A stretch of DNA of 59,286 bases from NCBI GenBank assembly GCA_032718475.1, contig JAUCBJ010004794.1:1-59286 (forward strand), given 5' to 3'. The stretch is from Nemertoderma westbladi (Eukaryota; Animalia; Xenacoelomorpha). The first letter of the stretch is position 1. Every line of letters begins with the position of its first letter. Position numbers and translations under genes: made by a program. This document shows, in pieces, positions 36,295 to 46,309 of the stretch. The notes under the pieces are model-generated. The model made no database searches. It saw only the letters and a program-made list of their open reading frames with translations, and was not told the DNA's origin.

Positions 36295-38217
36295 AGATGT
36301 GAGAATAAGCGAGAATACATGATAAACGGATATAATACCTGAAGCAAATTAATCTGTATAACTACTGGGGCCGAAGTAGTTATACATGATTTATTTGCTG
36401 AAGGTTTATTTGCTGGGTGATATTCTCTGTATATCACCCAGCTAAAGCCAAAATACCCAATGTAACTATATTAACACTCCTAATACAAAATTATAGAACT
36501 TAAATAACTGTATATCACCCAGCTAAAGCCAAAATACCCAATGTAACTACTATATTAAAACTCCTAATACAAAATTCTAGAACTTACACATTTATTGTTG
36601 TGTTTTAGACGTTATTTTTTGCACATTCTTCCCAATATTGAAAGAATTTATATCCATTAACTGTATATCACCCAGCTAAAGCCAAAATACCCAATGTAAC
36701 TACTATATTAACACTCCTAATACAAAATTCTAGAACTTAAATAACTGTATATCACCCAGCTAAAGCCAAAATACCCAATGTAACTACTATATTAAAACTC
36801 CTAATACAAAATTATAGAACTTACACATTTATTGTTGTGTTTTAGACGTTATTTTTTGCACATTCTTCCCAATGTTGAAAGAATTTATATCCATTAACTG
36901 TATATCACCCAGCTAAAGCCAAAATACCCAATGTAACTACTATATTAAAACTCCTAATACAAAATTCTAGAACTTACACATTTATTGTTGTGTTTTAGAC
37001 GTTATTTTTTGCACATTCTTCCCAATGTTGAAAGAATTTATATCCATTAACTGTACAGTATATCACCCAGCTAAAGCCAAAATACCCAATGTAACTACTA
37101 TATTAAAACTCCTAATACAAAATTATAGAACTTACACATTTATTGTTGTGTTTTAGACGTTATTTTTTGCACATTCTTCCCAATGTTGAAAGAATTTATA
37201 TCCATTCCCAACTGATTTAAATCACTTTGTAGCTAATAGGAATATAACTGTTGTCAACCAGGAGCTAATATTGAAGTCCGCACTATACTGTAGTATAGCC
37301 AGTGTGTGACCGTTTTTTTAAATTTAAAATTTTTTAAATTTTTTTCGGTTAGAGTTCCGTATAGCACTACATTTATAAATCATATATCATTGATAAAATG
37401 GCAAAATTGAGGAGTTACAGAACAATATAAAAGTATTATATACTATTCTAGAACATAAATAAAATAAAAAATTTAATGTTCTAGAACATATACTGTAGCT
37501 AGTTTTATTTATTTTAACATAGCTAGTAAATTAAAATGAAATATTTTTAAGTAAATTTATTAATACTTTTAAATGAATATTGATTAGAGTTTTTATGGGT
37601 TTATTCTTTTTTTCTTTTTATGTTTTGAGTTTTTTTATTAAAATTTTTGTTTTGAGATTTATCACAAAAAATGCTCACACACTAGCTGTACTACAGTACA
37701 GTATTATTACTGCAGTGCCTAAATTCGTCATAATATGAGTTTCAGCAAACCCAATAATAGAAAGAGATTTGCAGATGCTTCCGGTGACAGACAGCAACAC
37801 TTGCTAAACATCAAAGACAGTCAAAACACGAAAAGAGCAACAATTCCCATCAATTATAATTACTAGTTATCTAGGTCTACAAGTAACAATTCCTTGTTCT
37901 GACTTAATATTAAATGAAATTGAACCCTTCTATCTACAATATTGTTTAATGTTCGGACAACTGGGGAGGGAGGGGGGTTGGGGGGGATTGCAATGCAATG
38001 GTGTGTTTGTTTCAGATGGGACTGCGTTATCCAAAACGTGAAAGATACAAAAGTAGATCACACAATTTATCAGTGCAATAAGCTCGAATATACATGATAA
38101 ACAGATTATCGCCTGTCCCAGAAGGTGATATACGGTTATAAAAACTGAACCAAATAAATCGTATAACTACTGAGGACGCAGGCCGAAGTAGTTATATACA
38201 TGATTTATTTGCTGAAG
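36295..38217 (+). mobile_element. Possible CryptonV-like non-autonomous remnant
   Basis: Related hairpin-bearing blocks (tacatgataaac..gtataactact..ccgaagtagttata) at ~36305-36402 and ~38078-38217. Short ORF at 37735 reads KRFADAS..LLNIKDSQNTKRAT. Confidence 0.4.
36425..37205. repeat. Minisatellite with ~82-bp and ~153-bp units
   Basis: tatcacccagctaaagccaaaatacccaatgtaac recurs six times at spacings of about 81, 153, 84, 153 and 158. Confidence 0.92.
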
Positions 38218-38654
38218 TAATAAGTGTGTTATTCCCCATTACCTTCACCCATCTAAGGGTAATTTATTGATAAGGCTTCAAACATTTCTAAAAGGGTTTT
38301 GTTTGGGGGGAGTTGATTAAAAATGGGGCGTGGTATTTTTGGGGGGAAATAACTATGCATATAATTGTATCACTTTTTTTTCCTATATTGATACGATTTA
38401 ATTCAACGAATATGACTTATGGTAGACATTATTTCAGTAATCTTATTTTATGTCTATTATTTCAGTCATTTTTAATACTTTCATGTGGTACTTTCATCTG
38501 CAGTAGAGCAATAAATTTATTAATAATCATGTATTTATATAGTAGATAACAGCGTATATTTTAGAGCTCTATTTCCCTTTATTTATTTCCCAGCTACAAA
38601 TAAGGGGATTTTCGACGCAATAAAAAGCGGGTGTATGTAACCGGGCGCAATTTT

Positions 38655-39360
38655 CTCCACAGGTTTCGTGAACATAATATCACTCTTCATCCTGGGAAAG
38701 TCCAATTTGCTGCAGGCTACCTTGTTGGATCATCTGGAATACGCGCTAACCCCGCTAAGACCCGGGCAATATCCTCATTCCCACGTTCAACAAATATAAC
38801 CGAACTTATATCATTTGTGGGTCTGGTTGAGCAATTGGCTCCTTTATCACAGGATATAGCATCAACACTATCACCTCTTAGTCCACTTCTCAGCTCAAAC
38901 AACCATTTCCTATGGATTGCTGATTATGATCGGGCATTTGAATCCACAAAATCAGCACTCATCGCACCCCCAGTCCTTGCACCATTCGACCCAACAAAGG
39001 AGACCGTTTTACAAACAGATGCCTCTCGGAAAAATAGACTAGGCTTTGCCCTCCTCCAGAAACATGACTCTATATGGCGACTTATCGAATGCGGGCCCCG
39101 CTTCATTACACCAACGGAATCGCGCTATGCAATGGTCGAAATGGAACTTTTAGCTGTGGTTTGGGCTGTCCAAAAATGTCGTCTTTACCTCCTGGGGCTC
39201 CCTACATTCACTATTATTGTCGACCACCAGACCTTAGTCACAATCATAGATAAATATACTCTCGATGCAGTAGAGAATGCGCGCCTCCAGCGGCTCAAAT
39301 CAAAACTTCCCCTTATGTGTTTAACACAATCTGGAAAAAAGGTAAGGATCATCGAATTCC
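38655..39360 (+). mobile_element. Ty3/Gypsy pol fragment (RT connection + RNase H)
   Basis: LQTDAS..LGFALLQ, ESRYAMVEMELLAVVWAV.KCRLYLLG, VDHQTL. Confidence 0.9.
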
Positions 39361-42056
39361 CGATCTATGTCTACTATAATAATACACTGGAATTATCAAT
39401 CACCAAACCCCCGGCTCCGGTCGGAGCTCATATTATAACCCGGAGGAACCTCCGGGCTCCAGCTCCGAATGAAATTTTAGCTCTGTCGCATCCCTAGTCT
39501 GTAGTATTATTTTATTAGGTTAAATATGTTTTACTGAAGTAAGCTAGCAAGAAAGAGTATAAATTTATTATGTTCCAATATATTGAGCTAATACGATAAG
39601 AATATAAATAATGTTTGCTCTGTCCTATGAAATACTTAAAATAAACACAACGCGTATACGAATAAAATAATAACGACATGTTAAATGTATTAAGTAACCC
39701 GTAAATAATTGCAATAAACCTAGATTGTGTAGTTTATTCGCTCAATATATATATATCTTGTCTTTATATAATGGGAGAAATGAAAGTTTCTGTCACAATC
39801 CATTCCATATTGCACTCTTATATAGAATACAAAATAAATAACAAGCAAAACCAAATAATAATGTAAAACAGGCTACTTTCAAAACTGATAATAAATATGT
39901 ATTAGATAAATAAAAATAGTAGTATATTTTATATACTCTGAAATTAAAATATAATAAACTGTATTATCCTACACTTGAAGTTTTATTATTCAAACTTACT
40001 TATTGTAAACAGTTAAGACCAAAAAATAAAATCATACAGTATTACATTACAAAACAGCATTTCCATCAAATAAAATAAACCAGGTTCGGAACCTAAATAA
40101 ATGACGCATGTGCTTTTTGTTAATTCCAGGCAGTCTTTGATTAAATAAAATTAAATCCAATTTAAATTAAATTGAACGACCTCCATTAAGTTGTTGTTTG
40201 TGGGTGGTTTTATAAACGCGGGTAAATATAAACTGATGTACGTAAATGGACTGCACTGCATAAATAATTCAATATTTCCACATATAAATGGGGGTGATAG
40301 AGAAAACCTAAATAATTAATACCCTACGAATGATTAATTAACAAATAGTAAATAATAATAATATTGTAATACGAACAAAATATGACTATTATACACATCT
40401 CTGTAAATATGATTGAAATATACAATGGAAAGATGAACGTGGAATCCTATCTCTCAATAAAAAAAACGAATACCAGTGGTAATAAATAGGCAAATGGAGA
40501 TAAAAAGCTAATACATAATAATTAACTCTATTATCCGGGCGCTATTAGAGGTTTTTTAGATTTTCCATAAATATTAAATTGTATTTACATGTACGAACGT
40601 GTAATGAAGTATACGGCCATGTGAAGAATACCAGACTTTCTGCCGTTATATTTCACTTTGCAGTTACCCCCATGTGAAGAATACCAGGTATTCACCAAAA
40701 ACACAGGTTACAGAAGGGCTGAATCTAACCAAAACAATAAACGAATTAGTATATGTACAGGTTATAAGACAGAAACAAGCGCTATAAAACACTTAATAAA
40801 GATAAATTAAAAAAAATTAAAAATCTTCATATATAAAATTCCAATAAAAAGTCGACCGAAAAGTGAAATCCTGGTATTCTGTATACGGTAGTATAGGGTA
40901 GCGGAAATGCAGGCCAATAAACAATAATTTATAATTTAGTAAAACACAAAATCATTAATTATGCAGTTTTTCAAAGTAATGAAATGGCGTACTTTATCGA
41001 GATAGGAGTTTGTGTGATTCACTGGTAAATACTCACATACAACCACGGCTCAATAGTCAATAATAATCAAAAAAATAACAAAATACAACTCATATAGTTC
41101 ATTATGTAAACGTTTTCGTGAACTCCATTAAGTAATGGGTAAATAGGAAATAATTATTAATTAGTTCTATGTATTTTTCCATGTAATGTAATGTGTTTAT
41201 TCTTAAATTTGTACTTTTGTTGTTGCTCAATTCTTTAATAAAAGATAGAGCGATATAGTGTTACAACATAAATTGAACTGTAGTATTTTACTATATTGCT
41301 TCCATAGTTACTGCGATTCCAATTATTGTACTCTTCAACTCCTGATGCTGCCTTACTCAATGTTAAATAATTTAGTGTTCTCGAATATTTATTACGTAAC
41401 TAGAGAGCCGCTTAACTACATAAACCAATATTGGATATTGAGTTCCGTTTTGGAGAACGCCTGGCAGACACTAAATTTACAATAACGTTTTGAGTGAGTG
41501 AATGGATTTCAACACTTTCAACATAATGTAATACAATTTAAGAAATTCCAATAAAAATATTTTATTTTACTTTTATAGCCGGCAAAAAAGTAAAACCAAT
41601 GCTATCAGGGGTTACTTTTTTTGTTACCTACAACTTTTTCTTCAGATTTTTGGCTATATTCGAGCGAAAAGGAAAAGTAACAATTTAAGTATAAAATATA
41701 CTGAAAGCAGAAAAATCTAATTATAAATAATCAGTATGATAACATTCCAAGCTAAACGAACAAATCAATGATTTTATGGAGTTACGAAAGATAGACTTTA
41801 TATTTCAAAGTTATCGCATGGGGCGGGGCGCATTTGCAATCGCACATTTACGAACGGGCTTGGGGCAATGGACAATGACATAACAATTCATAACCTACCA
41901 TTCTGTATTATGACTCTTTAACGTAACAAAATGTCAGTTTAAAGTTAAAATATAACCAATCGAAAACCACAAAAAATATTGATGGCTTAAAATATGTAAG
42001 AGACAGTCAAAGAAATCACAGAGTATTTATGAATCGTCGAATAAATCAAAAGTAAG

Positions 42057-43379
42057 TTAATCGCTATCCGAATCGAGTTCGTAGTATTTAGGCTGCGCTC
42101 GTTGCCTTTTATTGCTCGGTTTCGCGATCGGTGAAACTTTAGTCGGAGAACCACCCGGAATAAAATCCGAATCGGAATCATCCTTCCGGCGTTTCTTCAA
42201 TTGGGGCCGGAAATCAGAATCGTCGCTGTCAGAATCACCGCCGTATTTAGGAGCGGGAACTTTCGATTTATGTTTCTGTTTAGTTGCGACATTAACTTCA
42301 AGTTTATGAACGTTTCGACTAGATGAAACTCCTGGCTGGTTATCAAGCTGGCTGGCTTTCTCTACCTTCACAACTTCCTTTTTCTTCTTAGGAACTTTAG
42401 GACCAGCTTCTGCGGTTTTTGGAATCTCAAACTTTGGTTCCACAAAGCGACCCAATTTATCTGGCTTAGTATTCTCAAGAGCTCGCTTCGCTTTACTTGA
42501 TTTCAATATATTAGAGATCTTAGCGACTTTACTTGGCGAAGCCTCCTCGCGCTCTTTTGCTTCTAGTTTTTCCAACTCAGCCATAAACCCATCGAGATCT
42601 TCCGTCCACAGATCTTTCAATGTCTTCCCTTTTAGCGTCTTTAGTTCCATTAGTTTATTGTCCTTCTGTTTGAGCAATTCTTCCTTTCTTTCTCGGGTCA
42701 AACTCCACAACTTCATCCCCAATAGGTAATCATAATCCGCCCCAGTTGTTTTATCGTCCTCCTCATTTTCGATGTTCTCTTCTACATCATCATCATTATC
42801 ACCAGCAGACACTTTATCTTTCCAAACCTTTACAGGGTCCGATGGATAACCTCGAGTTATCAACTTTTTCAATATATCAACTTTTTTAAAATCTTCCACC
42901 CGAATCTCCCCTGTTATTTTCTCCAAGACGAACTTTGCCTGAGCAGACAGTTTATTGGCCTCAGCTTCTAGAAACCCTTCAAGATATTCTTTCCTCTTGC
43001 GGTAAAAATCAAAACGAACATGGTAAAACTCCTTTAAGATATCGATAGTTGAAGAATATCGATTAATGATTCCGTTATGGTCATAGAGAACCATCGAGTT
43101 GTGACTAAACGTTGTAGTTAGTTTAAAGTATTTGTATAACTGTCCGGATTCTTCTAGCTCTTGAAGTTGGTTGGATTTAGTCATATTGAAGAGGAAGCGA
43201 ACCGTTGTATCCGTATGATACTCTTTATACTCAGAAACTGTTGCAGGCACCTTCTCAGTACCGTTATAAAGCGGTTCCAAATTATTCTCTTTGTATGATT
43301 GTGTCCAGGAGCGTAGAGGAAGTTCAGATATCTCTAATGTGTTTGACTTAACTAGGATGGACGATGGTAAAGCGTCCAT
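42057..43379 (-). CDS. TOP2-derived copy 1, C-terminal ORF (440 aa from the hairpin ATG; C-gate plus shortened CTD)
   Basis: ATG 5 nt after the upstream stop is in frame with the rest of TOP2; two in-frame CTD deletions; ends DSDSD*. Confidence 0.55.
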   Translation of the reverse strand: MDALPSSILVKSNTLEISELPLRSWTQSYKENNLEPLYNGTEKVPATVSEYKEYHTDTTVRFLFNMTKSNQLQELEESGQLYKYFKLTTTFSHNSMVLYDHNGIINRYSSTIDILKEFYHVRFDFYRKRKEYLEGFLEAEANKLSAQAKFVLEKITGEIRVEDFKKVDILKKLITRGYPSDPVKVWKDKVSAGDNDDDVEENIENEEDDKTTGADYDYLLGMKLWSLTRERKEELLKQKDNKLMELKTLKGKTLKDLWTEDLDGFMAELEKLEAKEREEASPSKVAKISNILKSSKAKRALENTKPDKLGRFVEPKFEIPKTAEAGPKVPKKKKEVVKVEKASQLDNQPGVSSSRNVHKLEVNVATKQKHKSKVPAPKYGGDSDSDDSDFRPQLKKRRKDDSDSDFIPGGSPTKVSPIAKPSNKRQRAQPKYYELDSDSD

Positions 43380-43384
43380 CCTAG

Positions 43385-46069
43385 TTAAGTCAAACACATT
43401 AGAGATATCTGAACTTCCGCTACCACAAATCGATTGGGTTGGAACTCCTCTATGACACCCTGGAAGTTGCGGTAACTTGGCATCATTGGTTGGGGTTCCT
43501 CATCGTTCAACATCCGACGGATATTATCAACCACGTCTCGAACATCGTGGTTGAGGATCTTTGTCGACCAACCTGTACCGATTCCATCGCTTCCATTCAC
43601 TAAAACCAAGGGGATTATCGGGCAATACCAAATGGGTTCTATCTTTAAGTTATCGTCCTTCAAGTAGGCCAACAAGGGGTCGTCTTTCAAAGAGAATAAA
43701 TGACGAGCCAACGGACTCAGTTGGGTGAAGATATAACGAGGTGAAGCAGCGTCTTTACCTCCTTGAAGACGAGTACCAAATTGACCATGGGGCTGCAGGA
43801 GGTTTATATTATTGGAACCAATAAAGTCCTGAGCTAGAGAAATAATCGTTGACATGAGACTCATTTCGCCATGGTGATAGGCGGATAACTCAGCTACACT
43901 ACCAGCCAATTGAGCTACTTTGATTTCTTTCTTATCAAGACCACGCTTTAAACATGCGAATATAACTTTGCGTTGCCCCGGCTTCAATCCATCCATAACG
44001 TTTGGGATCGATCTTTCGCAATCCGCATTTGAGAAAAGTATTAATTCCTTGTCAATAAACTCCTTGTAACTAACGCTACGTGTGTTAGCGTGGTAGAGGT
44101 AAATATCTGGTAGTCCTTGGAGTCGACGTTCATTGCGTTCAGTATGGAAGTCGGTGAGCCAACCTTTACGATCATCAGCTCGCTCCTTGGCGAACGCTAA
44201 TCGAATCGCTTCATCGTCCTCATCTCCATGGTAAACAAAACTTACACGATGGCGAGCCATATCGGTAAAATATTCTTTGGCTTCTTTCATCGTCGATGTA
44301 CCCAAACCTTTGTAATATTTAACTTTATAAGACGAAGCATTTGGGGTCGCCTCTCTCCATTCATCAAACTCTGGGATACTGTACAATGATTTTACTTCAC
44401 TGCCTTTAGATACTTTCACTATCGGTGTAATAAACTGTTGGATAAACTTAGAACGAACTAATTCCGGCCAATGATAATGAATGAAGTTAATAATGAGTCC
44501 CTTAATATGGGATCCGTCTGTGTCCTGATCCGTCATTATCATCAACTTTCCGTATCTCAGAGACTTTAATTCCGACTCATCACGATACTTGAAGGGGAAC
44601 TTTAAGCCGAGAATCTTCACCAGATCTTGAATTTCCTTATTGGCAGATATTGCGGATGTGGCTGCATCACGGACATTGAGAACTTTGCCACGGAGCGGAT
44701 AAACTCCATATAAATCACGTCCAATAACCCCCAACCCACTAACTGCCAAGGCTTTGGCCGAATCTCCTTCAGTTAATATTAATGAGCAATCTCGACTGTT
44801 TTTACCCCCGGCTTCATTGGCGTCATCTAACTTCGCTATTCCTTTTAGTTTTGTTTTCTTGGTTCCCGATTTCTTATTTAATACCGCTGCTTCTTTAAGA
44901 TTCATCCAATTAACTACTCTCTCAACGATTCCCATCTGTGACACTTTCTTTAGGAATTTATCAGATAAATTCACTTGGGAACCGAATTTCTTGGCAACTA
45001 AAGTCATATTTTCCTTAGTCTGAGAATCGAATGTGGGATTTTCAATTAGGCAATTCACAAAAATCCACAAATGACTTTTAACTTGAAATGGTTTAACTTG
45101 GCTGTTCTTCTTTTGTTTTTTAACTGCAACAATAATTTTCTCAGTAAGTTTTTCCACAACATAATCAATGTGCCGACCACCACTCGTTGTTGCTATGGAA
45201 TTAACAAAGCTAACCTGTTGGAAACCTTTTTCACTGAATGTCAGTGCTATCTCCCATCTTTCGTTTATTTTTTCATAAACAAGAGGAATTTCTTCACCAT
45301 CTTCATCCTGATGAACTGCTTTAATGTACAGCTCCACATACTCCTTAAAGTTCTTCACAGGTATTCGTTCTCCATTGAAAGTAACGTTCACTTTACCCTG
45401 AGTAGTAGCAGCAACATCGCAGGCACGTCGACGAACCATTCCAACAAAATCATCCTCGAGCCGTGATAAATGAAACTTTTCTAAATCCGGGTAGAAGGTA
45501 ACACTTGTAAAATTATCCCTTCCGGATTTCACAACAGGATCTTTTGTTTGAGTCATATTATCTTTCCATTCTTGTTTAAATATCTTCGCACCATCTTCTT
45601 CTTTATTTCCCGTCTCCAAGATAAAACGTTTAGAGAAAATGTTACATAATTTAGCTCCGTAACCGTTTCTTCCACCAGTTACCTTCTTCTGGTCGTCATC
45701 AAAGTTGCTGGAGGTCAGCAAATGACCGAAAATCATGGTGGGAACATACATTTTCTCGGTTTTGTGTATCTGTATAGGAATTCCCCTGCCATTGTTCCAA
45801 ACACTGATTAAATTGTTTTCAGGTTCTATGACCACCTTTATATGACTCATGTTGGAATCTCGAACCTTATTATCAGCAGCATTTACAAGAATCTCATCAA
45901 ATATTTTGTACAAACCGGGGACAAAAGAAACTTCTTTAAGACGCAGTTTTCCGCCATCATGAATCCACATTGGCTGAGTTACCGTTTCTACAGAACCAAT
46001 ATAAGTATCAGGTCTCAGCAATATATGCTCAAGTTGGGTCTTCTTCTGATAAATTCTCTCGATAGACAT
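43385..46069 (-). CDS. TOP2-derived copy 1, N-terminal ORF (894 aa: ATPase-TOPRIM-WHD, no C-gate or CTD)
   Basis: Near-identical to the + strand TOP2 from SIERIY to RFVV; new ATG; stop lies inside the hairpin insertion. Expression unknown. Confidence 0.75.
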   Translation of the reverse strand: MSIERIYQKKTQLEHILLRPDTYIGSVETVTQPMWIHDGGKLRLKEVSFVPGLYKIFDEILVNAADNKVRDSNMSHIKVVIEPENNLISVWNNGRGIPIQIHKTEKMYVPTMIFGHLLTSSNFDDDQKKVTGGRNGYGAKLCNIFSKRFILETGNKEEDGAKIFKQEWKDNMTQTKDPVVKSGRDNFTSVTFYPDLEKFHLSRLEDDFVGMVRRRACDVAATTQGKVNVTFNGERIPVKNFKEYVELYIKAVHQDEDGEEIPLVYEKINERWEIALTFSEKGFQQVSFVNSIATTSGGRHIDYVVEKLTEKIIVAVKKQKKNSQVKPFQVKSHLWIFVNCLIENPTFDSQTKENMTLVAKKFGSQVNLSDKFLKKVSQMGIVERVVNWMNLKEAAVLNKKSGTKKTKLKGIAKLDDANEAGGKNSRDCSLILTEGDSAKALAVSGLGVIGRDLYGVYPLRGKVLNVRDAATSAISANKEIQDLVKILGLKFPFKYRDESELKSLRYGKLMIMTDQDTDGSHIKGLIINFIHYHWPELVRSKFIQQFITPIVKVSKGSEVKSLYSIPEFDEWREATPNASSYKVKYYKGLGTSTMKEAKEYFTDMARHRVSFVYHGDEDDEAIRLAFAKERADDRKGWLTDFHTERNERRLQGLPDIYLYHANTRSVSYKEFIDKELILFSNADCERSIPNVMDGLKPGQRKVIFACLKRGLDKKEIKVAQLAGSVAELSAYHHGEMSLMSTIISLAQDFIGSNNINLLQPHGQFGTRLQGGKDAASPRYIFTQLSPLARHLFSLKDDPLLAYLKDDNLKIEPIWYCPIIPLVLVNGSDGIGTGWSTKILNHDVRDVVDNIRRMLNDEEPQPMMPSYRNFQGVIEEFQPNRFVVAEVQISLMCLT

Positions 46070-46309
46070 ATTTTTTGTGTCCAGGTTTCAGGCAGTCAAA
46101 TTTCTATTATGATAATATGGACAACATGTAATATATTAAACTGATAATTAAAAAAGAAACCTCTCTCTCCTTAGAGTGGTGTGGAGTGATCTAGGAAAAT
46201 ACCTCGACATAGTTTGAGCTAATAATACCACCCCACTGCCAGTACCGGTGTAGCAGAGAATACCCCCCCCCCCCCCCCCCCAGTTAGAATTCACCCCACG
46301 GTTAAAATT

